From Dehalococcoidia bacterium (GTDB taxonomy: Bacteria > Chloroflexota > Dehalococcoidia > SHYB01): DNA of 64,000 nucleotides. The stretch lies in NCBI GenBank assembly GCA_965220155.1, contig OZ244810.1, positions 32,279 to 96,278 of the forward strand, in the 5' to 3' direction. This document shows, one piece after another, positions 56,060-64,000 of the stretch. Every line of letters starts with the position of its first letter. Within the stretch, counting starts at the first letter, position 1. A model generated the notes under the pieces. That model saw nothing but the letters and a program-made list of their open reading frames with translations, was not told the origin of the DNA and made no database searches. The position numbers were made by a program, and so were the translations under genes.

Positions 56060-58417
56060 ATGACCACCGAAGCGGGAACGCAGACCGGCGCCTTGCGAGG
56101 CGTTCGAGTCGTCGAGTTTGGCCAATACATCCCTGGTCCGCTCACAGGCATGTTGCTTTCGGACCAAGGCGCCGAGGTCATCAAGGTCGAGCGGCCAGGG
56201 GGAGACCCGGGGCGTTCCCAGGATGCCTTTGCGACCTGGAACCGCGGAAAGCAGTCGGCGGTACTCGACCTGAAATCACCGGAGGGGCGCGATCACGCAG
56301 TCCAGCTTGGGGCAACGGCTGATGTTCTGATCGAGAATTTTCGCCCCGGAGTCGCGGACCGCCTCGGCATCGGCTACGACCGCCTGTCGGAGCTCAACCC
56401 GGGACTCCTGTACTGCTCTCTGCCGGGTTTCGGTCAGGAGAACCCCAGGCGGCAGGACCAAGGCTGGGACCCCATTATCGGGGCGGTGACGGGGGTGCAT
56501 CAGTCCCGGTCGGTCTATGAGCCCATCGAGGGGCTGGACGAGCCTTTGTTCACTCCTCTGCCGGTGGCCTCCACCTTCGCCGCCATCGTTACAGCGGTCT
56601 CGGTCGCCATGGCTCTCGTGGCGCGGCAAAGGACGGGAGCCGGCCAAAGGATCGAGGTCCCCCTCCACAGCGCGATGTTCACGGCCGCCGGCGGGCGCGT
56701 CGTCTGGTTCCACGATTGGAAGCCCGAGCCCGCATTCAACTTCCCGCGGGCCGTGATGTCGCGCCAGTACCAGTGCGCCGACGGGCGGTGGGTACAGAAC
56801 CACGGGATGTATGAGACCTTCGCTGGACGGTTCGCCAAGGCGGCCGGCCACCCTGAATGGACGGAAGAGCTGCTCCCCTTCTTCCGAGGAAAAACGGACT
56901 CACGGACCGTAGCGATGTGGCAGGAGCGCTTCAGCGATGTCTTCCGGCAGCGGACTGCGAAGGAATGGGAGGACGCGATCAGCGCGGAGGGAGGGCCGTG
57001 CACCGTTTGCAAGACTATCGACGAGTGGCTTGAGAACGAGCACTCAAACGCGGCCAAGATGGTGGTCGAGGTCGATGATGCCAAGCTGGGCCGCATGAAG
57101 CAGCCCGGGGTCCAGGTGAGGATGCGGGGAACGCCGGGAGCGATACAGGGACGGGCGCCCCTTCTCGGCGAGCATACCGGCGAGGTGCTGCGCGACCTGG
57201 CCAGCCGAAAAGAGTCCACCGGCGCCGCCAAAGCGGCCGCCAACGGCAACGTCCTAGGCGCTCTCGAAGGCGCTCGGGTCATCGACCTGACGATCATCCT
57301 CGCCGGGCCCACCTGCGGACGCACGCTGGGCGAATTTGGCGCCGACGTGATAAAGATCGACGACCCCGGCCGCCCCGTCGACGCCGGAGGGCATATCGAC
57401 GTGAACCGGGGCAAGCGGAGCATCCTGCTCGACTTGAAGCGCGCCGAGGGGCGCGAGGTGTTCTGGCGTTTGGTGGAGAAGGCCGACGTGGTGGTGGAGA
57501 ACAACCGCAAAGGAGCGATGGCGAGGATGGGGCTGGGTTATGAGGACGTGCGGAAGCGTAAGCCCGACATCGTATATGCCTCCCTCAACGCCTACGGCTA
57601 CGATGGCCCCTGGAGCGAGAGGCCCGGGTGGGAGCAACTCGCACAGGCGACAAGCGGGATCCAGGTCCGCCGGGGTGGCAGGGAAGGGGCGCCAATTCTG
57701 CTGACCTACCCCATGAACGACTATGGGACGGGTATGCTGGGGGCGTTCGCCGTGGCCCTGGCCCTACACGAACGGGGCCGGACAGGCCTGGGGCAGCAGG
57801 TGGACACCGGACTGGCCCTGACCGCCGGCCTTTTGCAGTCACCCTATTTCCTGGACTACCCGGGGTTCAAGCGCCGGGACCCCGAGGGCCTCGGCGTGCG
57901 AGGTTACTCCGCCCTCTCCAGGCTCTACCCCGCCTCCGACGCATGGCTCTATCTGCACTGCCCAGGGCAGGCCGAGTGGGAGGGCCTTACCGGCCTGGAG
58001 GAGTTCGCCCCGCTGGGGCGAGACCCGCGGTTTGGGACGCCGGCCGGCCGCGACGCGAACGACGCCGGACTGGTATCCGAGCTGCTCGAAATCTTCCCTC
58101 GCAGAAGCCGCGAGGAATGGATCGGCCTCCTGGGAGCCGCCGGCCTGAGCGCCATCGAAAACCTGAGTGTTCAGGACTTCCGGCTAAGTCCCGAGGTGCT
58201 CCGAGAGGGGCTCGTCGTGAGCCGTGAGCACCCTGGGATGGGGCGGGTGGACCATCTGGGGAACACGGCGCGGCTGTCGAGGACGCCCATGCGGCTCGGC
58301 CGACCCACCCCGGTGCTCGGCGCCGACACGGACGAGATACTTCGGGAAGCGGGCTATGGGGGGGACGAAGCGCAAGCCCTCAAGACCGCCGGAGTCGCGG
58401 TCCAGGCGGAGGGCTAA
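56060..58417 (+). CDS. Family III CoA-transferase (CaiB/BaiF), tandem two-domain fusion (785 aa)
   Basis: Two complete CaiB-like modules. The N-terminal one starts GVRVVEFGQYIPGPLTGMLLSDQGAEVIKVERP and the second starts GARVIDLTIILAGPTCGRTLGEFGADVIKIDDP. AAGGAGGG RBS. Confidence 0.85.
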   Translation: MTTEAGTQTGALRGVRVVEFGQYIPGPLTGMLLSDQGAEVIKVERPGGDPGRSQDAFATWNRGKQSAVLDLKSPEGRDHAVQLGATADVLIENFRPGVADRLGIGYDRLSELNPGLLYCSLPGFGQENPRRQDQGWDPIIGAVTGVHQSRSVYEPIEGLDEPLFTPLPVASTFAAIVTAVSVAMALVARQRTGAGQRIEVPLHSAMFTAAGGRVVWFHDWKPEPAFNFPRAVMSRQYQCADGRWVQNHGMYETFAGRFAKAAGHPEWTEELLPFFRGKTDSRTVAMWQERFSDVFRQRTAKEWEDAISAEGGPCTVCKTIDEWLENEHSNAAKMVVEVDDAKLGRMKQPGVQVRMRGTPGAIQGRAPLLGEHTGEVLRDLASRKESTGAAKAAANGNVLGALEGARVIDLTIILAGPTCGRTLGEFGADVIKIDDPGRPVDAGGHIDVNRGKRSILLDLKRAEGREVFWRLVEKADVVVENNRKGAMARMGLGYEDVRKRKPDIVYASLNAYGYDGPWSERPGWEQLAQATSGIQVRRGGREGAPILLTYPMNDYGTGMLGAFAVALALHERGRTGLGQQVDTGLALTAGLLQSPYFLDYPGFKRRDPEGLGVRGYSALSRLYPASDAWLYLHCPGQAEWEGLTGLEEFAPLGRDPRFGTPAGRDANDAGLVSELLEIFPRRSREEWIGLLGAAGLSAIENLSVQDFRLSPEVLREGLVVSREHPGMGRVDHLGNTARLSRTPMRLGRPTPVLGADTDEILREAGYGGDEAQALKTAGVAVQAEG

Positions 58418-58576
58418 GGACCGGTGGTCGGCGACCGCGGCCCTTTGTAAGCGAATCTTTGGGGCCCATTGGCCCAAGAAGGCCTAGGGGTATTTTCAAG
58501 TGCTTCGCGGGCGGCAGGTTCCACCGGCATCGGTGCAGCGGTCGGCGAGGCCGTAGACTTCGGTGTAGATGGGAAC

Positions 58577-59986
58577 TTAGCTATCGGTGTGTGAGTTACC
58601 GAAGGGATAGGAGGTGACGTTTGGGGTGCGGGTGCTTGTGGAGGGCTCCTCCGGAACCCCTGATTCTGCATCACAATCTGGTGCCTCCGAGTCTCCCACG
58701 TAGAAATCAACGCCCCGCAGTCGATGTGGAGCCTTGCCGCCGAATACCACTGCTACGTAACCCGCAGGCTTGGCACTGAAACCAAGCGCTTCGATGGTGA
58801 TGAGGTGACGGTTACCGGCCAAAGCATGGTCCGACAGCCCCCACCGTCCGTTGTGTACTTCCACCACCGCGACCGTCTCTTCGGGCTCCAGATTGTCTAT
58901 CTCCTCCAGGCAAGTGAGCTCGGGAGGATAATAGGACGAGGTCCCCTCGCTCAAGGGAGGACCGATAGCATAAATCTCGTTTGGCAGATGCGGCAGACGT
59001 TGTATCCGAACTGTGGCATCGACTCCATTCGGTATGCCGGCGATCCGTCCCCGGACGCTTCGCTCGGGAAGCCAGCCTGTCCCAGTGGAGAGGGGCTTGT
59101 CAGCGGCGTCTTTGGGCCGGAAGAAGGCAAAACCTAGATCCCTCTCTCTCCAATCCATTCTCTCGGCGGGCACCTCGAACATCAAACCCTGCGTCAGATG
59201 AAGAGGAAGATAGCCCTCGGCCTCAGGGACCAGGATGTACGTCCCTTGAGACAATCGCAGACCGTCCCGCTCCCATGGGCCGTTTCCCAGCGTCCACTCG
59301 GTCACCATGACTCCGGTCTCCTCGCGGTGGCTGCGGCCAAGCTCCAGGAGACTGATGGTCGCGCGATCGCCTTCATCGAGGCCAGATACTTCCCCCGCCA
59401 GCAAACCCGGCTTGGCGAGGGAGAAGCGGGCCGCCTCGATCCAGGCAGTCACTTCTGCCGATGGGAGCGACTCCTCCGCTGGATGGAGGGCTGTCACGTC
59501 CTCGTCCTTAACGGCGAGCTTGCCCCACACTACGCCGCCACCAGTGGTTACGAAGTCGTTGCCATTCAAATCAAAGAGGGAATCGTTCTGCGTCAGGAAT
59601 AGCATGACCGCCTCGCCCAGCTCCAGTGGCGGCGCCTTCGTGGGTATGCGACTATCGTTGCCTGCCACGTAGTACACGGGCACGTGGACAACCACCCTGT
59701 TGTAGTGGAGGCCGAACAGGATGCGGTCCACTTCCACCGATGCCTCGTAGTAGGCCACTCGGCTCGTAGGATCGTCGCGACGGGGCACCGTTTGGAGCTC
59801 AGATACCGAAGTCACCCGGCCGATGATGGACAGGTCGGAGGACACAACGAGTTGCTCAAGGTCCGGAAAAGGGGGTACGCCCACTGCGCCGTTGGAGGGA
59901 CCTCCACTGCACGCCCCAATGATGAAGGGGACCGCCGCGAGAGCGAGCAGGGTCCCCATAGGCACGCATCGAGTGCGGCCGCCCAC
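58577..59986 (-). CDS. Hypothetical lipoprotein (469 aa)
   Basis: Signal peptide plus lipobox (LLALAAVPFIIGAC). No recognisable catalytic motifs. Confidence 0.6.
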   Translation of the reverse strand: MGGRTRCVPMGTLLALAAVPFIIGACSGGPSNGAVGVPPFPDLEQLVVSSDLSIIGRVTSVSELQTVPRRDDPTSRVAYYEASVEVDRILFGLHYNRVVVHVPVYYVAGNDSRIPTKAPPLELGEAVMLFLTQNDSLFDLNGNDFVTTGGGVVWGKLAVKDEDVTALHPAEESLPSAEVTAWIEAARFSLAKPGLLAGEVSGLDEGDRATISLLELGRSHREETGVMVTEWTLGNGPWERDGLRLSQGTYILVPEAEGYLPLHLTQGLMFEVPAERMDWRERDLGFAFFRPKDAADKPLSTGTGWLPERSVRGRIAGIPNGVDATVRIQRLPHLPNEIYAIGPPLSEGTSSYYPPELTCLEEIDNLEPEETVAVVEVHNGRWGLSDHALAGNRHLITIEALGFSAKPAGYVAVVFGGKAPHRLRGVDFYVGDSEAPDCDAESGVPEEPSTSTRTPNVTSYPFGNSHTDS

Positions 59987-60010
59987 GTTAGACGTCTATG
60001 AACATCGGGG

Positions 60011-60463
60011 CTAAATCCTGTCCTCGTAGATGCCCTCTCGCCTGAGACTCAGGCCCTCCGGCCACACCGCCGTGGGGTGGACGGGCCACACCTCATCAAG
60101 ACTGAGTTTGCGAACGGCCTCCGGCCGCTTCCGCCGCCTGAGCAGCAGCGTCTCGGCGTCCATATCTACCTCGGCCGTCTCCCATCCGGCCATAGTCCAG
60201 GCAAGAGCGTGGCCGTTGCCGATGCGCTGATTCCCCCACCAGGGCCGGTAAAGACGCGCCAACGGGGGCAGCTCGAAACCGATGATCGACTCGATCTCGC
60301 CGAAGGAGGTCCTCCACTCCTGAGTCCCGAGGCCGCAGAGATATGTATACAGTCTCTGGTACTTGCCCCGGACCGCCATCTCTCGGTAGTTCTGTTCTCG
60401 ATCTATGGCCATGCCGTGCCTCCGTGTCTTCGCTGCTTGCTCGGAAAGCGGCCGCTCAGCCAT
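60011..60463 (-). CDS. Conserved hypothetical protein (motif ...EWRTSFGEIESIIGFELPPLARLYRPWWGN...ALAWTMAGWETAEVDM...)
   Basis: Start tentatively at MAERPLSEQ (the track's 170-aa version starts at 60523). A domain of this shape recurs as an uncharacterised DUF, but no function could be recalled. Confidence 0.45.
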   Translation of the reverse strand: MAERPLSEQAAKTRRHGMAIDREQNYREMAVRGKYQRLYTYLCGLGTQEWRTSFGEIESIIGFELPPLARLYRPWWGNQRIGNGHALAWTMAGWETAEVDMDAETLLLRRRKRPEAVRKLSLDEVWPVHPTAVWPEGLSLRREGIYEDRI

Positions 60464-60752
60464 ATTGTCGTAAGTTAGTGAGCATGGCTCAACCGCTCCG
60501 GCGGCGACAACGGGGCCAAGCACGGCGACACACGTGTCCTCCCTTATGAGGCTCGTAAATCGCTGAGGAATGGACCGGGTAGGTATGCGGATGGGTGAGG
60601 ACGACCCGTTCCCGAAGGAAAAGCCCTTCCTCGGCGGTGAGCGCGAAGGAAGCGACCTTCGGAAAGTCGGGCGGCGGGAGGGACGGCACCCCAGTTCCCA
60701 CGGACGCCGTCCGCGGTTTCATCGCGGCGCCCCTCAGGGCTGCGCAGACATT

Positions 60753-61637
60753 TTACGAGAGAATCTCAATACACTTCTTTGTCTTTCCCGCGGCGCCGAA
60801 GCTGTCGATAAACAGAAGTTGATTGGCGTATCCAGCATACTTTCCGAAGTAGTCCTGCGCCCACATCACCAGCTTATCGCCAGCGGGCTGTTTCTGATTT
60901 GGGAAATAACCTGTCACTGCTCTCCTCACCCATCTGTCTACCGGGAACGCCTCCATCTTGTCCAGCGCGAACAGGGCGATGCAGTCGGCTATCTTGTCCC
61001 CAATGCCGTAGCAGCCCATCAGTCGCCGTTTGGCCTCGTCGTAGGACACCTGCGGCTGCGACAGGCCGCACAGGTCCAGTTCGCCGTCGCGTATCCGATC
61101 GGCGGCGGCGATTATCTTGAGGTGGCGGTCCAGGCCCAGCTTCAACTTCGTCAATGGCGCCACGCCGGCCTGCAGCACCACCTCCGGTGTTGGGAAGGTG
61201 TGGCGCACCTCACCGTCAAGCTCTACCGGGCGTCCGAGTCTTGCGGCAACCTTCTCCACAATCGTGCCGATGCGGTCGACGTTGTTGGTGGCTGAGCAGA
61301 TGTAGGCAACCGTGCACTCCCAGGGGTCCGGTTGCCGCAGGATGCGCCGGTACGGATACTCCTTCGCCAGTCTGGCGACCTTTGCGTCGCGACGGGAGAT
61401 GTCAGCATGCATGGCGGCAATATCGTCGTCCAGCCGGAAGTAGGACCTCAGCAGAGCGTCCAGGTCTGAGTCGGCCCGGTACTCCACGCCACCGCTGACT
61501 TGCCGGATGTGAACTAAGTTCCCGCTCAGCACTCCGGAATACCAGTCATCGTTCCGGGGACGCCAGCGGAAGTCCTGTGTCCCATCCAGGACTGCGTCCA
61601 GATCGAAGGGCTGGTCGATGATGAGCTGGCGGGTCAT
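60753..61637 (-). CDS. ogg: 8-oxoguanine DNA glycosylase (Ogg1-type, HhH-GPD superfamily)
   Basis: Start MTRQLIIDQPFDLDAVLDGTQDFRWR (OGG N-terminal domain). HhH-GPD motif GIGDKIADCIALFALDKMEAFPVDRWVRR with the catalytic Lys/Asp context. Confidence 0.75.
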   Translation of the reverse strand: MTRQLIIDQPFDLDAVLDGTQDFRWRPRNDDWYSGVLSGNLVHIRQVSGGVEYRADSDLDALLRSYFRLDDDIAAMHADISRRDAKVARLAKEYPYRRILRQPDPWECTVAYICSATNNVDRIGTIVEKVAARLGRPVELDGEVRHTFPTPEVVLQAGVAPLTKLKLGLDRHLKIIAAADRIRDGELDLCGLSQPQVSYDEAKRRLMGCYGIGDKIADCIALFALDKMEAFPVDRWVRRAVTGYFPNQKQPAGDKLVMWAQDYFGKYAGYANQLLFIDSFGAAGKTKKCIEILS

Positions 61638-61686
61638 TGCCTCTGCTTCTCTGCTGGAGTACCGATGCGAACTCGTAGCCAACGGG

Positions 61687-62496
61687 TCACGTCCCGACCT
61701 CCTCGTCGTTGGGATCGAATGGTTGATCGATTCCCCGGATCAAGGCGATCAGGGGTACACCCGCGATATCCAGCCGTTCTCCCCAACACGTCTCGTCGAC
61801 TGCGTCCCGGCAATGGTCCTTCAAAACATGCGTCCACTCCGCCTCGGATCGGAATAGCGGCCCGTCGTTGGCCATGTCCTGAGCGTTCAGGAATCCGAGA
61901 TAGAGCAGAACGACGGGTATGCCCAGGGAGGCCAGCTTCCATGACCATGCAAACCGGTTGGATAGCTGGTAGTGGTGGTCTCGGGATATATCCCAACGCT
62001 TTCCTGTCTCCAGTTGGAACTGGGCGGCTGCTTCGGCAATGGCCAACCCAATCCGATCGTGATTCTTCCGGCCATTCGGGGACGCGGGGCGCGATTTGCC
62101 TGTCGCGGACAGCTCCTTCCCATGAGCCTTGGCCTCTACTAACACAAGGCCGGGTTCGCCCTTGATCTTGCATGTGGCGGCTATGTCCCAATTCGGCGCG
62201 TTCGCTCTCCCGGGGACTGCAAGCCACCAGTCCTGAAGTTGACTCTGGATCGAAGGTGGCACGAGACTGTTTGGCTTACTGAGGACCACTTCGCTGCCGG
62301 GCTTAGTGTTCCACGAGCCGTCCTTCCATGTGGGTTTCCCGTAGGGTGTCCATCTGTCGCTCGGTGAGATGATCACATCCGGCAGGTTCACCAGTCGCGT
62401 CAGGCGGCTGGCAATCTCTTCTCGGCTACCTTCCACCATCAGCACACAACGTGGTCGGCTGCCTCGGTGTTTATCGAGTTGCCTGAACCAACTCAT
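61687..62496 (-). CDS. Hypothetical protein with PD-(D/E)xK-like nuclease core
   Basis: WDIAATCKIKGEPGLVLVEAKAH gives D ... ~16 aa ... E-A-K, the spacing of restriction-endonuclease-fold motifs II/III. Ends 50 nt upstream of ogg on the same strand. Confidence 0.45.
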   Translation of the reverse strand: MSWFRQLDKHRGSRPRCVLMVEGSREEIASRLTRLVNLPDVIISPSDRWTPYGKPTWKDGSWNTKPGSEVVLSKPNSLVPPSIQSQLQDWWLAVPGRANAPNWDIAATCKIKGEPGLVLVEAKAHGKELSATGKSRPASPNGRKNHDRIGLAIAEAAAQFQLETGKRWDISRDHHYQLSNRFAWSWKLASLGIPVVLLYLGFLNAQDMANDGPLFRSEAEWTHVLKDHCRDAVDETCWGERLDIAGVPLIALIRGIDQPFDPNDEEVGT

Positions 62497-63084
62497 CCAG
62501 CCCCCTGGTTCATTCGACCAAATTGAATGCGCGTGCCACCGGCTATCGACACAATCCTGGAGTGGAGTCTGCAGAGTGGACTCGTGTTGCTCTTGCGCAG
62601 CAATGGATTAGGCTTGGGCCGTGCCACGGCAGTACCACAATGACGACACTGCCCCATATAAGCAACTTGGTCTACTCCCCAGAGGGCTTTCAGGCGTTCA
62701 ACTGTAAAATGCCATTTGGAGCTGCGTGGCTGAGCCACCGTGTTCTGGTTTCCGAAGAAGCCTCGTTCTTTGACCGATTCTTGAAGATCGACTGCCGTTA
62801 TCTACTTGACACCGACAAAATGTTCGTCGTGCTCTTCATCGAATGCCCCTGGAACCTCAATACAAATCAAGAACCTTCATGCTCAGGTTCAGGCTAATCC
62901 TGTAGCACCTCAAGAGGCTGTGCCGAGGAAGGCGGGAGTGCCTGGACATCAACTCCCGGTCAAAGCTAGACCTTCAGGACTCGGTGGCTAGCCACAACCT
63001 CAGCCTTCTGAGACGGGCTCTACTGCGAACGTTCCGATGGGTGGTCACGCTATAGCAGGAGCTGATCCATTCGAAGGATGCCCT

Positions 63085-64000
63085 ATGATAGTACTTGAGG
63101 TAATGAATTTGAGCGACCATCAGAACAGCGATATCCGTAACCTGGCCATCATAGCCCACGTCGACCACGGCAAGACTACCCTGGTCGACGCGCTGCTGAA
63201 ACAAGGCCAGGTCTTCCGGGCCCACCAACAGGTGGGAGCCTTGATCATGGACACCAACCCACTGGAGCGAGAGCGCGGCATCACGATTCTGGCCAAGAAC
63301 GCCTCGGTCTCCTACGGGGGCATCAGGATCAACATCATCGACACGCCGGGCCACGCGGACTTCGGCGGCGAGGTGGAGCGTGTCATGAACATGGCCGACG
63401 GCTGTCTATTGCTGGTAGACGCCGTGGACGGACCCATGCCCCAGACCACTTATGTGCTGCGCCAAGCCCTCCAGCAAAACGTCACCCCCATGGTGGTCAT
63501 CAACAAGATAGACCGACCCGAGGCCCGGGTGGCTGAGGTGGTAGAGATGGTCCAGGACCTTTTCCTGGAGGTGGCTACCAATGCGGAGCAGCTGGATTTC
63601 CCCGTGCTCTATGCATCTGCCCAGGGAGGTTACGCCACAACGAACCCGGATGAGCCTGGGTCGGACATGCAACCCCTCTTTGAAGCTATCCTCAATTCCG
63701 TGCCTCCGCCGACCGGGGACCCCGGCTCCCCACTGCAAATGCTTGTTGCGGCGCTCGACCACGACAGCTACCTCGGACAAGTGGCCGTCGGCCGGATCAC
63801 CAACGGCACACTCAGGCTGCGCGACGAAGTAGCCCTGTTGGGCCGCGACGCCGAGCCCACCTCCCACGTCGTGGAGCGCATATTCGTGTTTCGCGGGATG
63901 GAGCGGGTTGAAGTCTCCGAAGCCCATACCGGGGACATTGTGGCCGTCACCGGCCCCGAGGGCGTGTCCATAGGCGACACCATCGCCTCTCTCGAAAGCC
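63085..64000 (+). CDS. typA: Translational GTPase TypA/BipA (5' portion; runs off right edge)
   Basis: [24 protein letters not shown] (G1), [14 protein letters not shown] (G3), NKIDRP (G4). GAAGGA RBS before the ATG at 63085 (an alternative ATG lies at 63104). Not in the ORF track because it is open-ended. Confidence 0.85.
   Translation, partial: MIVLEVMNLSDHQNSDIRNLAIIAHVDHGKTTLVDALLKQGQVFRAHQQVGALIMDTNPLERERGITILAKNASVSYGGIRINIIDTPGHADFGGEVERVMNMADGCLLLVDAVDGPMPQTTYVLRQALQQNVTPMVVINKIDRPEARVAEVVEMVQDLFLEVATNAEQLDFPVLYASAQGGYATTNPDEPGSDMQPLFEAILNSVPPPTGDPGSPLQMLVAALDHDSYLGQVAVGRITNGTLRLRDEVALLGRDAEPTSHVVERIFVFRGMERVEVSEAHTGDIVAVTGPEGVSIGDTIASLES

Noticed and set aside
56515-57510. 331-aa minus-strand ORF
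   Set aside because: Antisense to the tandem CoA-transferase. Ser/Pro/Ala-rich low complexity.
62493-62897. Two mutually overlapping small ORFs on opposite strands in the AT-rich patch upstream of the PD-(D/E)xK-like gene
   Set aside because: Neither has an RBS, recognisable motifs or host-like codon bias, so they could not be distinguished by eye. Left unannotated and mentioned only in the relevant finding.
62974-63927. Minus-strand ORFs of 126 and 173 aa
   Set aside because: Antisense to typA, whose GTPase motifs ([18 protein letters not shown]) are unambiguous on the plus strand.

Overview
64 kb of GC-rich bacterial chromosome, judged by eye, with short lower-GC islets embedded in it. 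No rRNA, CRISPR array or prophage structural genes were seen. The backbone is mostly catabolic paralogue families: five luciferase-like (LLM) flavin/F420-type oxidoreductases, four enoyl-CoA hydratases plus one frameshifted copy, three PF04909-type amidohydrolases, a tandem-fused family III (CaiB/BaiF) CoA-transferase plus a truncated copy, an acyl-CoA synthetase, an acyl-CoA dehydrogenase, an epoxide hydrolase, an SDR, two polysaccharide deacetylases, and CocE/NonD and alpha/beta hydrolases. This resembles a Chloroflexota (SAR202-like) or Actinomycetota organotroph, but taxonomy cannot be fixed from sequence alone. Housekeeping genes include hisIE, lepB, tRNA-Lys(UUU), an ECF sigma/anti-sigma pair, an AddAB-type helicase-nuclease pair, an Ogg-type DNA glycosylase, an RRM RNA-binding protein and typA (3' partial). 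The accessory content comprises: (1) a low-GC islet directly 3' of tRNA-Lys carrying an orphan AAA+ ATPase and a Phd/YefM-VapC pair with a palindromic operator; (2) a decayed islet at 25.9-29.9 kb holding gene fragments, a 13-bp inverted repeat, an orphan DNA-methyltransferase-like C-terminal tail, two AT-rich small membrane proteins, VapBC, a DUF2283 gene with an in-frame amber codon and a stand-alone DprA-like Rossmann protein; (3) an ISAs1-family IS with a 10-bp target-site duplication; (4) two more adjacent VapC-type TA loci, one with a frameshifted toxin; (5) a minus-strand trio of PD-(D/E)xK-like protein, Ogg glycosylase and an unknown conserved protein, next to an AT-rich patch. There are also three tandem-repeat loci: a 61-bp x3.5 intergenic minisatellite, a 14-nt x3.4 intergenic repeat, and a collagen-like 9-nt repeat inside the anti-sigma gene. 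Gene starts were chosen by eye from RBS context and end coordinates include the stop codon. Family assignments rest on motif recognition, not on database searches.
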